A stretch of 64,000 nt of DNA from a virus (IMGVR_UViG_3300021400_000057:1-64000); one strand, 5' to 3'; positions 47,404-56,157 are shown, counted from the stretch's first letter. Numbers and translations: made by a program. The notes: generated by a model not told the origin, from the letters alone.

Positions 47404-49488
47404 ATGAAGGTAGAAAAGCGAGACGGCAGGATTGAGAACTACAATCCTCAAAAGGTAGCAAAGGCAGTAGCGGCGGCGGCAAATGAGGTAGACGAACCGT
47501 GTCCGTCAATCCGATTGTCCTTTGACAAAGATGTTGTAACTGTCGATGAGATTCACGACGAGGTTGAACGGCACTTGATGAAAGCTAATCCTGCGGTAGC
47601 AAAGGCTTACATTCTCTATCGCCAACATCGCACGGATATTCGCGAAGGTAAGAGCGAACTCATGGGGAAGGTTGGTAAGCTGGTTGCAGAAATGAACCAT
47701 GACAATGCCAACACTGGAAACAGTGCGGCAAGCAAGATGTATGGCATTGCAGAGGCCGCAAGCAAGACTTACTTCCTCGCGCATGAACCGAAACGTATGG
47801 CAGAGAATCACAAGAAGGGACGTATTTATCAGCACGATTTGGGTTATCGTTCCCTTACATTCAACTGTTTTTTCAATCCTCTTGGGAAAATGCTGGAACA
47901 TGGCTTTGACAACGGGGTAGGACGTATCCGTACTCCGAAACGGATTGGAAGTGCAGTAGCTTTGGCGGCGATTATCCTGCAATCCAGTCAGAACGATATG
48001 TTTGGCGGTCAAGGCTTCCTTCACTTCGACACAGACCTTGTGCCGTATGTCAAGAAAGAGTTTGACTATCAGTGGGGGCAGATTATTAAGACGTTAGGCG
48101 CGTTCAAAGCTGATGCCTCTGACGAAGATATTGACAAACTTGCATGGAAACGCACGGACAAGGCTGTGTTTCAAGCAATGGAAGCGTTTGTGTATAACAT
48201 GAACACGATGCGGTCAAGGAGTGGAGCACAAGTAACCTTCTCGTCTGTCAACTTCGGCACGGATACGGGCGAAGAAGCGCGTATGATTTCCAAGAATCTG
48301 CTGAAAGCCTACATCGCAGGACTTGGTGACGGCGAGAATCCTATCTTCCCGAACCTCTGCTATCGAGTACAAAAAGGTGTGAACCTCAATCCGGGCGACC
48401 CGAACTTTGACCTTACGGAGCTTGCCATTGAGTGCGTCGGAAAGCGTATCCAGCCTAGATTTGTATTCGTTGATAGCCCTGCATATCCCGATAAGTGGGA
48501 AGCAGGAACGATGGGATGTAGAACGGCTATCCGTTCCAACGTCAACGGCGATGCTTCGCCCGATGCCCGTGGCAATCTTGCTTTTAACACAATCAATCTT
48601 CCATATCTTGCGCTGGAAGCGAATCGAAAAGCCGAAAAGACTGGCGAAAACAATGTGGTGACGTTCTTCCGAATCCTTGATATGGCAATATCCGATGCCA
48701 TTGCAGAGCTTCGTGAACGCTACGGTATCATCAAGGAATTGAAAGTTAAAGACATTCCTTTTATTGGTCAGTGGTACATGGGGCATGAAGGTTTGACTTC
48801 AGAAGATACGATTGAGCCGATGGTGAAAAACGGGACGCTTTCGGTAGGGTTTATCGGGCTTGCGGAAACTCTTATGGTACTTCGCGGCGAACATCACGGA
48901 CAGTCACAGACAGCGCAGGAGCTTGGGCTTGAAATTGTTGGGCGTATTCGTGAGCGTACCGACAAAGCCACGAAAGATTACAGCCTAAACTTCTCGACAT
49001 TCGCTACTCCTGCGGAGAGTGCTTGCTACACACTTCTCAAAGCTATCCGCAAAGAGTTTGGCTACGTCGAGGGCGTGACGGATAAAGAGTATCTGACAAA
49101 CTCTTTCCATTTGCCTGTAGGCTTTGAGTGCGATATGAAAACAAAGATTGACATTGAAGCTCCGTATCATCTGCTCTGCAACGCAGGAGCTATCATGTAC
49201 GTCGAGGCTCCTTCATCGCCCAAGTTCAATCCCGAAGGTATGTTGAAGCTGATTCAGTACATGGCTGAAAGCGGCGCTGTATATGGCGGCTTGAACTTCG
49301 AGCAATCCTTCTGCCGCGAGTGCCACTACACAGGTACTTATGGGGACACTTGCCCGAAATGCGGAAGCAAGAACGTGAGAACAGTGCGGATTGTCACAGG
49401 CTACCTTTCCGAAGTACAGCGGTTTAACCCCGGAAAGATTGCAGAATCGAGCGAAAGGTATGCTCATGCGGGAGGCGGATTGCATTGA
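47404..49488 (+). CDS. nrdD: Anaerobic (class III) ribonucleotide reductase with ATP cone
   Basis: VEKRDG ATP cone, MGCRT, FATPAES, YLTNSFH, CxxC..CPxC and TGYL motifs. Confidence 0.96.
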   Translation: MKVEKRDGRIENYNPQKVAKAVAAAANEVDEPCPSIRLSFDKDVVTVDEIHDEVERHLMKANPAVAKAYILYRQHRTDIREGKSELMGKVGKLVAEMNHDNANTGNSAASKMYGIAEAASKTYFLAHEPKRMAENHKKGRIYQHDLGYRSLTFNCFFNPLGKMLEHGFDNGVGRIRTPKRIGSAVALAAIILQSSQNDMFGGQGFLHFDTDLVPYVKKEFDYQWGQIIKTLGAFKADASDEDIDKLAWKRTDKAVFQAMEAFVYNMNTMRSRSGAQVTFSSVNFGTDTGEEARMISKNLLKAYIAGLGDGENPIFPNLCYRVQKGVNLNPGDPNFDLTELAIECVGKRIQPRFVFVDSPAYPDKWEAGTMGCRTAIRSNVNGDASPDARGNLAFNTINLPYLALEANRKAEKTGENNVVTFFRILDMAISDAIAELRERYGIIKELKVKDIPFIGQWYMGHEGLTSEDTIEPMVKNGTLSVGFIGLAETLMVLRGEHHGQSQTAQELGLEIVGRIRERTDKATKDYSLNFSTFATPAESACYTLLKAIRKEFGYVEGVTDKEYLTNSFHLPVGFECDMKTKIDIEAPYHLLCNAGAIMYVEAPSSPKFNPEGMLKLIQYMAESGAVYGGLNFEQSFCRECHYTGTYGDTCPKCGSKNVRTVRIVTGYLSEVQRFNPGKIAESSERYAHAGGGLH

Positions 49489-49946
49489 GAATAGCAGGGT
49501 TTCGGGAAACGTCACTCTTTGACGGCAAAGGAATTAACTTTGTTATCTTCTTTCAAGGCTGTGAACACCATTGCGAGGGCTGTCAGAACCCTCAAACATG
49601 GGACAAGAATGGTGGAGTATCCGTCAGCTTGAAAGGTATCAAGAAGATTATTGAACCGTATATCGGATTCATTGACGGAATTACCTTTTCAGGTGGTGAC
49701 CCTGTATTGCAGATTGGTGATGTGCTTGACTTGGCTTGGTGGGCTAAGTCAAAGCACCTTACCACAACGCTTTACACAGGCTATACGCTTGACGAATTAC
49801 AGAAACGATACATTGACCTTACCCCTTTTGATTTTATTATCGACGGACGCTACGAAAAATCCAAGCACTCTGTTGATACGCCGTTCAGAGGGTCGGAGAA
49901 TCAGTCGATGTATTGCTATGAGAATCACAAGTGGGTAGCAATATGA
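49485..49946 (+). CDS. nrdG: Anaerobic RNR activating enzyme
   Basis: GCEHHCEGCQNP radical-SAM motif; SGGDP; FRGSENQ. Confidence 0.96.
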   Translation: MRIAGFRETSLFDGKGINFVIFFQGCEHHCEGCQNPQTWDKNGGVSVSLKGIKKIIEPYIGFIDGITFSGGDPVLQIGDVLDLAWWAKSKHLTTTLYTGYTLDELQKRYIDLTPFDFIIDGRYEKSKHSVDTPFRGSENQSMYCYENHKWVAI

Positions 49947-50143
49947 AAGGCGAAAGGATTACTGATGAAGCCGCATTGAAGGCGGCATTTACTCTAAAAA
50001 AATACTGCGACCAGCATGGTTATAGAGAATGTAAGGGGTGCTATTTCCATGACAACGACTTCTTTTGCAGGGTCAACTGTATGCCGTATAGCTACAACCT
50101 TACTGATTGCACTGACGAAGAAATATTAAAGGAGGAATTGTAA
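49943..50143 (+). CDS. Small Cys-rich hypothetical protein
   Basis: YC...ECKGCYF...C; coupled starts and stops. Confidence 0.65.
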   Translation: MKGERITDEAALKAAFTLKKYCDQHGYRECKGCYFHDNDFFCRVNCMPYSYNLTDCTDEEILKEEL

Positions 50144-50451
50144 TGGCAACGCTATATTTTGCCATGTATTATCCAACGCCTACGCAGAGGATTATCCTTA
50201 TGAAGCGAGAGGCTGATTTGATTGACGGCACTATTTACAAGTTCTCTCATGTTAGCGGGCTTCGCTCCCGCATTATGGCTGACGAGGTTGATACTTGTAT
50301 CGGCAATGATTGTGCAGTATCCACAAATCCAAATCAAGCCGTTCGACTTTTGCGTGGACAGTTCAACCGCAGGGCGGCAAAGCTGGAACGCAAGGCAGAA
50401 CGGCTCCGATGTGCGGCAACTCTGATTGCAGATTGGGAGGAAGATGTATGA
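50143..50451 (+). CDS. Hypothetical protein
   Basis: AAGGAGG RBS. Confidence 0.7.
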   Translation: MATLYFAMYYPTPTQRIILMKREADLIDGTIYKFSHVSGLRSRIMADEVDTCIGNDCAVSTNPNQAVRLLRGQFNRRAAKLERKAERLRCAATLIADWEEDV

Positions 50452-50606
50452 AAACATATTGGGTTACATACAGTTACAAGGGTATTACGGCAGTCACAGC
50501 GCCTTCGCAGGACGACGCGATTGAGAAGCTCCTAGAAACAAAGGATGACGATGATTGTTTGAGTATCCATATTGACGATGTTGAGGAAGCATACGAGGAG
50601 GATTAA
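50448..50606 (+). CDS. Small acidic protein (MKTYWVTY.. family)
   Basis: GGAGG RBS; ATGA overlap. Confidence 0.65.
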   Translation: MKTYWVTYSYKGITAVTAPSQDDAIEKLLETKDDDDCLSIHIDDVEEAYEED

Positions 50607-50607
50607 G

Positions 50608-50814
50608 ATGGATAAGTATGAAGTTTTGCAGGAACGCCCTAAGAAGACGTTTCGTATTGCGTTTTCGGGGACAGCATATATTACTGCTCATTGTGAGCTT
50701 GAAGCGAAAGCAATTCTTCAAGGTATTACCTTTAACGAAATTCCTTTCCGTGCGATTGACTCTATTCGAGAGCTTGACGAGGATGAGGAAACGCCATCTT
50801 ATGCAGTATCTTAA
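50608..50814 (+). CDS. Small hypothetical protein
   Basis: GGAGG RBS; resembles the preceding gene. Confidence 0.6.
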   Translation: MDKYEVLQERPKKTFRIAFSGTAYITAHCELEAKAILQGITFNEIPFRAIDSIRELDEDEETPSYAVS

Positions 50815-50902
50815 AAAACAATGCAATTCAGAGAGGCAAGGGGCGTCACATTTTGTTACCCCCTTGTCCCACATATCAGACTAGACGCAAGGAGGAACAA
50901 CG

Positions 50903-51505
50903 ATGAAGATTTTTAACGAGCAAGTACATGGGGTCGATACCGCATTAGCGAGAGCAGGGTATCCACTCATGGCAGAAATCCCTAATATCGGTGAATTGTT
51001 GAGGGAATTTCACCCGCTATATCTGCGAGGCAAGCGGCTTGGCAATTCCCCCATTGCCCACGGCGATGACAAATTCCTTCGCATGATTACGGTGGATTTC
51101 GATGTAACCGCCCCTCGATATTGGTGGCAGGAGTTCGATACCTACCATTACACCGTCAAGATGAGTCAAAGCACGATGCACAGGTTGGTAAAGATGGACA
51201 TAAAGAACATGGTAAATCCCTATGTTCTTCCCGATGTAGTCAGGATTGTGGAGAATCTTGCAGACGCATACAGGGTTCATCCTACCGAAGAAAACTTTCT
51301 GAAACTCAAATCCAATCTCCCGGAGGGGATGGAATTGACGGCTGGAATTACCACAAACTACGCACAGTTGAAAACTATGTACTATCAGCGGCGTAATCAT
51401 CGCCTTCCCGAATGGAAAGTCTTTTGCAGTTGGATAACCACGCTTCCGTTTACCAAAGACTTCGGGGTGGTTGACAATGGAAACATGAAAGGAGAGAACG
51501 CATAA
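50903..51505 (+). CDS. thyX: Divergent ThyX-like (flavin-dependent thymidylate synthase) protein
   Basis: [20 protein letters not shown]...SQSTMH and [10 protein letters not shown] motifs; next to dUTPase. Lacks canonical RHRxxxxxxxS. Confidence 0.6.
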   Translation: MKIFNEQVHGVDTALARAGYPLMAEIPNIGELLREFHPLYLRGKRLGNSPIAHGDDKFLRMITVDFDVTAPRYWWQEFDTYHYTVKMSQSTMHRLVKMDIKNMVNPYVLPDVVRIVENLADAYRVHPTEENFLKLKSNLPEGMELTAGITTNYAQLKTMYYQRRNHRLPEWKVFCSWITTLPFTKDFGVVDNGNMKGENA

Positions 51506-52101
51506 TGAGCAAAGCATTTAATACAGGTGATACGGTTGAGGTTATAAGCGGTGGCACGGATTATCCGAAAGGATTCCGTGGGATTGTCACAGATTACGAT
51601 GAGTCAAATGGGCGGCGGCAATACGCTCTCAATCATGGCTTTTGGATTAACGAGGACGCTCTGGAATTGTGCAAGAGCGACCACCCTGTTATCAAAGTGA
51701 AGTACCACGACAAGGCTTGTTGCCTCGAACAGCACGGCGACTGGATTGACCTGAAAAGCCGAGTGGATATTACGTTCATGCAAAACGGTTTCTTCCTGAT
51801 TCCTCTCGGTGTGTCCATTGAATTGCCACAAGGCTACGAAGCACACGTCCTGCCTCGTTCCTCTACCTTCAAACGCTATGGAATTATCATGGCAAACAGT
51901 ATGGGTATCATTGACCATGATTACTGCGGAGATAATGACGAGTGGATGTTCCCAGCCTACTCCCTTGAAGGTGGTCAGATTAAGAAAGGCGACAGAATTG
52001 CACAGTTCCGCATCGTACCGACAATGGGAAAAGTAAATCTTATGGCGGTACAGAGACTTGGCAATGAGAATCGCGGTGGATTGGGGAGTACGGGCGTATG
52101 A
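51505..52101 (+). CDS. dut: Trimeric dUTPase with N-terminal KOW-like extension
   Basis: [23 protein letters not shown] and RGGLGSTG motifs. Confidence 0.93.
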   Translation: MSKAFNTGDTVEVISGGTDYPKGFRGIVTDYDESNGRRQYALNHGFWINEDALELCKSDHPVIKVKYHDKACCLEQHGDWIDLKSRVDITFMQNGFFLIPLGVSIELPQGYEAHVLPRSSTFKRYGIIMANSMGIIDHDYCGDNDEWMFPAYSLEGGQIKKGDRIAQFRIVPTMGKVNLMAVQRLGNENRGGLGSTGV

Positions 52102-52388
52102 TTTTGTCATTACTGGTTGACTTTAACGACAAAGGAAGCCTGTACTCAATGACAGTTGAAACCGCGAATAAGACCAGATTATTCAAGACCCTGCATAAAT
52201 ATTCAAACGACGTTCGATTTATCGAGGAAAAGGAAGAACGTGGCGCGAAAGATAAAGGCGAAAGGGTTTTGTCAGACGGCTCTATTGTTCTGCGGTGTAA
52301 ATACTTTGGCGACAAGGTTTCCTCTGTGTATGCCTTTGGCAAATCTCCGGGAAAGATGAATGTCCTGAAAATGGGAGTGGTCGTATGA
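52098..52388 (+). CDS. Hypothetical protein
   Basis: Coupled by ATGA overlaps. Confidence 0.65.
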   Translation: MILSLLVDFNDKGSLYSMTVETANKTRLFKTLHKYSNDVRFIEEKEERGAKDKGERVLSDGSIVLRCKYFGDKVSSVYAFGKSPGKMNVLKMGVVV

Positions 52389-52891
52389 AAGACAAGTTGG
52401 CAGAGTTCATAGATGACTATAACTGTGGGCGTGTCACTGTCGAGGATACTTTCAGACGGCTCGATTTTGAACGGTGGAAAGAGGACAAAGCGCCACTCCC
52501 GCAGGATTATATTGAATTACCACGCGACCCGCTGGATATTGTACTGGAAAAAGAGCGTGTAAGCACGCTCATCGAAACGATTAAGTGGCTAAAACAGAAC
52601 ATATCCGACGAGCTTTGGCGGATTTTCTGTATGGTTGCAAGGGGATATACCCAAGAGAGGATAGCGAAAGCCCTGAATATATCGCAACCTACCGTAAGTC
52701 GTAGGCTACAAACCCTACGGGCTTTGACGGAAGGGAACCTCCACGAATTATTGTACCGTATAGAGAAGCAATATACCGCAGTTCATCCACGGCAATCAGT
52801 ACAGAAACACGACGACGAGGACATGAGCCACGTCAACGGTGAAGTCCGTACTGAAAAGATTGTCGGCTGGAAAAAGTCAGACGCTAGATGA
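52385..52891 (+). CDS. Sigma70 region-4-like HTH regulator (putative late activator)
   Basis: GYTQERIAKALNISQPTVSRRL; last gene of the operon. Confidence 0.75.
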   Translation: MKDKLAEFIDDYNCGRVTVEDTFRRLDFERWKEDKAPLPQDYIELPRDPLDIVLEKERVSTLIETIKWLKQNISDELWRIFCMVARGYTQERIAKALNISQPTVSRRLQTLRALTEGNLHELLYRIEKQYTAVHPRQSVQKHDDEDMSHVNGEVRTEKIVGWKKSDAR

Positions 52892-52991
52892 AAACCCATA
52901 TATGATTTTCTTCCTGCTTGTGTGCCAGACTAGCAGAAAGGGGTCAAGGAGCGTCGAATAGTACCTCGTGCACAAGTTTATATGCGTAAAT

Positions 52992-53047
52992 AAAAAAAGA
53001 CCGTGAAGCACCCTCTTTGGAAGTTTGAGGATACTTCACGGTTTTTT
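52992..53047 (+). terminator. Bidirectional terminator-like hairpin 1
   Basis: A tract-ACCGTGAAG...CTTCACGGT-T tract. Confidence 0.8.
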
Positions 53048-53110
53048 CTGCGTTATTACAGGAGCTTTAAGCTGTCAAGTTATCCTACTTGATAGATAGG
53101 AATTAAAGAC

Positions 53111-53170
53111 AAAATAAATCCACGAACTATCCTCAAATTGCAAACGAGGGTGGTTCGTGGGTTTGTTTTT
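53111..53170 (-). terminator. Bidirectional terminator-like hairpin 2
   Basis: CCACGAAC...GTTCGTGG flanked by A and T tracts; ends the leftward block. Confidence 0.75.
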
Positions 53171-53263
53171 ATTTATAGCTCTTTATCTGACGAAGGGCGT
53201 ATCGAATAGCTAGTATCGTTGGCACATGATACTAGCATATATCAATTCACTAGATACGAACAT
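53169..53263 (-). pseudogene. Possible frameshifted type I toxin-like peptide
   Basis: MFVSSELIYASIM and VPTILAIRYALRQIKSYK lie in adjacent frames, joined by restoring one base. Confidence 0.35.
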
Positions 53264-53274
53264 ACCTCCTTTTT

Positions 53275-53337
53275 TCAGTAGTGTTTTTCAGTAAGCAACA
53301 TAAGCAATACGAATAAAACTATCATGGTGACGAGCAT
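53275..53337 (-). CDS. 20-aa hydrophobic peptide (type I toxin-like)
   Basis: AAGGAGAGG RBS; MLVTMIVLFVLLMLLTEKHY. Confidence 0.5.
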   Translation of the reverse strand: MLVTMIVLFVLLMLLTEKHY

Positions 53338-53358
53338 GATAAACCTCTCCTTGCGGTA

Positions 53359-53547
53359 TCACCCGCCTGTTACTTCATGCTCATTATACCACTCCTTAAA
53401 TTTTGTTGTAAAGATTTCCATATCCGCAGGAGCTTTTATCGCCGCAATAGCACGCTCGATTTTCACCATTGCCTCAAAATCATCGAGTGCATTTGCTCCG
53501 ACATAGCTCATTTCCAGATATTCCAGTACGTCATCCATTTGTGTCAT
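53359..53547 (-). CDS. Hypothetical protein
   Basis: AAGGAGG RBS; 62 aa. Confidence 0.7.
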   Translation of the reverse strand: MTQMDDVLEYLEMSYVGANALDDFEAMVKIERAIAAIKAPADMEIFTTKFKEWYNEHEVTGG

Positions 53548-53553
53548 ACCTCC

Positions 53554-54342
53554 TTATCCATACACAGCGGCAAGCGTATTCTTCACCGTCCCTTCTCCGA
53601 AATTCAAATACTTCATCGTGGTTGTGATAGTTTTATGTCGTAAGCATTGCTGAATATCCTCGATAGGCACACCCGCTTTCTTCAATGTGTTTGCAAAGAA
53701 CCGTCTGAAAGAATGGCAATGGAAATCCAAACCATTCATAGTACACTCGTTCTGAATGAACCTCTGAATATCCCGAATCCCAAGAGGCTTCCCGCCCTCT
53801 GTCAAAAACAAGACATCAGAGAGGCCACTTCCTGCCGTTTTCTGACGCACCTTGATATAAGACTGCAAGGCATCACGCACTCTCCCGTGAACGAGGGGGA
53901 TAACAGCGTCCTGCTTACCTTTTGTGTGCCGAATTAGGATTGCATCGTCGGAAACGTCCTGCATTTTGATGGACGCAATCTCACCTACACGCAATCCATT
54001 GTAACACATTAGCGCGAATATCGCTTTGTCCCTCGGCTTCGACAAGCCTTTCCACAAAAGCTCTACGTTTGCAGGGGTAGGGCATGGTTCTACCTTTTCC
54101 TCTGCCCGATAGCCCTTGATAACTCGCGTAATGTCACGGTCATTTACGCCGTACCATTCAAGCGCAGAACGAAAAACTTGCAGATACAATCGCTTTGTAG
54201 TATCTGCAAGTCCACTGGAAATTACGTTGATAGCTTCTTGGCGTGTCCCTTCTGGGAAGAAGCCAAGCGCACGCTGATAAGTCTTAAACGTGTTTACTGA
54301 TTTCGTCTGCCTGATTTCTTCCAGAAAATCCGTGTAGTTCAT
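53554..54342 (-). CDS. Second tyrosine recombinase (compact, XerC/D-like)
   Basis: NGLRVGE, K, HSFRR, LRH and Y catalytic residues; no arm-binding domain. Confidence 0.92.
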   Translation of the reverse strand: MNYTDFLEEIRQTKSVNTFKTYQRALGFFPEGTRQEAINVISSGLADTTKRLYLQVFRSALEWYGVNDRDITRVIKGYRAEEKVEPCPTPANVELLWKGLSKPRDKAIFALMCYNGLRVGEIASIKMQDVSDDAILIRHTKGKQDAVIPLVHGRVRDALQSYIKVRQKTAGSGLSDVLFLTEGGKPLGIRDIQRFIQNECTMNGLDFHCHSFRRFFANTLKKAGVPIEDIQQCLRHKTITTTMKYLNFGEGTVKNTLAAVYG

Positions 54343-54515
54343 TATTGTGTCTCCCTTCTAAACTCATCCTCAAAGCGTTTGATTGCGTCCTCTTTCGTTT
54401 CCCCTTTATAAACTATGATGGGGACATATCGCCTCAGTTTCCCGACCGGGGTATCCTCGACGAAATTATGAAGAATCACATCAAAGTCCTTGTCAGTACG
54501 GCAATCACAAATCAT
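54342..54515 (-). CDS. Small hypothetical protein
   Basis: AAAGGAGG RBS; stop overlaps the recombinase ATG. Confidence 0.65.
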   Translation of the reverse strand: MICDCRTDKDFDVILHNFVEDTPVGKLRRYVPIIVYKGETKEDAIKRFEDEFRRETQ

Positions 54516-54706
54516 TTCCGTACCTCCTTTTCCTCCTTTATTGCCTCGTCTAAAACTGTATTGAAGCATCCGCACTGCATATCAGTGTCCATGTGGCAAT
54601 GGTCGCTCACACCACAACACCGCGAACAATATGCACTTATAAAACCACACAACGCGGCTTTTGCCTCCGCCTCTGTCAGTTCGTCAATCCGTTCCTTTAT
54701 GTCCAT
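54512..54706 (-). CDS. MDIK..EAEAKAAL family cassette D
   Basis: Shared N-terminus; Cys-rich middle. Confidence 0.8.
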   Translation of the reverse strand: MDIKERIDELTEAEAKAALCGFISAYCSRCCGVSDHCHMDTDMQCGCFNTVLDEAIKEEKEVRK

Positions 54707-54887
54707 GTTGTGCCTCCTTTAGTGCATCATCTAAAATGTAGCTCATGTGCACATTTATTTCGCGCTCATACTGTAATTCGTTTTCAAACGGTGTAGCGAG
54801 GTTTTCTGCGTTATTTTCAAGCAAATAATACAGCGCGGCTTTCGCCTCCGCCTCGGTTAATTCGTTAATTCGCGTTTTTATATCCAT
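54684..54887 (-). CDS. MDIK..EAEAKAAL family cassette C
   Basis: Shared N-terminus; C-terminus DDALKEAQHGHKGTD. Confidence 0.8.
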   Translation of the reverse strand: MDIKTRINELTEAEAKAALYYLLENNAENLATPFENELQYEREINVHMSYILDDALKEAQHGHKGTD

Positions 54888-55044
54888 CTGAAATCTCCTT
54901 TCCGTCTTCCGTATACCATGTATTTGAGCCGTTCATATAGTTATATACTCGACAATCATGCCTTTTGGCATAATCCAATGCCCGCGCTCTTGCGGCTTTA
55001 GCCTCTGCTTCGCTCAGTTCGTCAATCCGTTCCTTTATGTCCAT
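54865..55044 (-). CDS. MDIK..EAEAKAA family cassette B (59 aa, not in ORF track)
   Basis: MDIKERIDELSEAEAKAARARALDY...DGYKNAN; AAGGAGG RBS. Confidence 0.75.
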   Translation of the reverse strand: MDIKERIDELSEAEAKAARARALDYAKRHDCRVYNYMNGSNTWYTEDGKEISDGYKNAN

Positions 55045-55258
55045 GTTGTGCCTCCTTTAGTGCATCGTCAAGCAACATATTTGCACAATTCCACGGTGTC
55101 GTACACTTATCTATTGTCCCATCCGGAAGTATCTCAGAATGCCGACAGTCACCACAGTGTATGTTTTCGTACATTGTTTTAATGCACTGTTCCAGCGCGG
55201 CTTTCGCCTCCGACTCGCTCAGCGCGTCGATTTTCGCTTTTATGTCGTCCATCGTCAA
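55022..55258 (-). CDS. MDDIK..ESEAKAAL family cassette A
   Basis: Shared N-terminus; CGDC...C...C middle; C-terminus DDALKEAQHGHKGTD. Confidence 0.8.
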   Translation of the reverse strand: MTMDDIKAKIDALSESEAKAALEQCIKTMYENIHCGDCRHSEILPDGTIDKCTTPWNCANMLLDDALKEAQHGHKGTD

Positions 55259-55482
55259 TCAGTCCTCCATGTTCTATTTTGCCCTTGATTGATTAACCAC
55301 CCACTTACATTAGCGCCGACACCAACAGGTAGTTTTTCTTTCGGAATTAACTCCTTCGCAAATGTTAAGGCACTTTCAAGCCTATCATTTCGCGCCCTCA
55401 ACCGTTGAATCTCTCTGTCTTGATACTGTAATTTCTCCTTCAACGATGAGAGTTCTCCATACTCTATTTTAACTTTTCCCAT
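55255..55482 (-). CDS. Hypothetical coiled-coil protein
   Basis: GGAGG RBS before MGKVK. Confidence 0.65.
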   Translation of the reverse strand: MGKVKIEYGELSSLKEKLQYQDREIQRLRARNDRLESALTFAKELIPKEKLPVGVGANVSGWLINQGQNRTWRTD

Positions 55483-55522
55483 CGTCAGCCCTCCAATTTC
55501 CACTTAATTCGTTGCTTCACTC

Positions 55523-55720
55523 TTATATCCACATCGGCGGATGCTTACCGACACACCTTTCACACACGCAAAAAAATCTATATTTTTTATGATGCGTGCG
55601 TGCTTCCGCACGTTCTCCCGTATATTCGTAATCATAAAACCCACGCCTCGCTGGAACTGTTACGCCACAGTATTTGCAAGTACCGCTATAGCGATTTCTA
55701 TGACGTTCGTTGCGCTTCAT
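55523..55720 (-). CDS. Small zinc-binding protein
   Basis: NRYSGTCKYCG...CERC; AGGAGG RBS. Confidence 0.7.
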   Translation of the reverse strand: MKRNERHRNRYSGTCKYCGVTVPARRGFYDYEYTGERAEARTHHKKYRFFCVCERCVGKHPPMWI

Positions 55721-55721
55721 T

Positions 55722-55982
55722 TTATACCTCCTTCGTCAACCATTCATGACCCTCCTCACTACCTTCCACGAAGTTATCTTCCTTCCACCGCCTTATCTGT
55801 GTGTAAACCCTTTCATTATTCCACTCCGCAATAGCTCGTTCCGCCAGAGACGGCGGAATGGAAACATGAGTATTGCATTGCGTACACCGTACATCATATA
55901 CTTCTTGCCCGTCCCGTGTTGTATAGTGTGATAGTTTTGCTTCGGCTCCGCAATGACATCGCCTAATTTTTTCCATTGTCAA
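55722..55982 (-). CDS. Lar-like protein
   Basis: CHCGAEA...VRCTQC...AIAEWN. Confidence 0.7.
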   Translation of the reverse strand: MTMEKIRRCHCGAEAKLSHYTTRDGQEVYDVRCTQCNTHVSIPPSLAERAIAEWNNERVYTQIRRWKEDNFVEGSEEGHEWLTKEV

Positions 55983-56157
55983 TCACCCTCATCCACTTAT
56001 CTGTCGCTTCTTTTTTTGTATCTCCAAGCGGCCCTCTTGCACAACAATCATTGCAATAAACATAGAATTGCCCATACTCGCCGGGGTCAGTGCTATTCAC
56101 GATTTCAACATTCTTGCTTTTGCAAAATAGGCACACACTAAGTTTCTTCATTGTCAT
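55963..56157 (-). CDS. Lar-like protein
   Basis: CLFCKS...VYCNDC.ARGP...A...W. Confidence 0.75.
   Translation of the reverse strand: MTMKKLSVCLFCKSKNVEIVNSTDPGEYGQFYVYCNDCCARGPLGDTKKEATDKWMRVIDNGKN

Larger units (their letters stand above)
54676..55066. repeat. Perfect 53-bp direct repeat pair at cassette junctions
   Basis: TCAGTTCGTCAATCCGTTCCTTTATGTCCATGTTGTGCCTCCTTTAGTGCATC at 54676-54728 and 55014-55066. Confidence 0.95.

Noticed and set aside
33115-49488. Inteins or introns in dnaE, primase-helicase or nrdD
   Set aside because: Lengths and motif spacing are normal, with no intein splice motifs or LAGLIDADG/HNH inserts seen.
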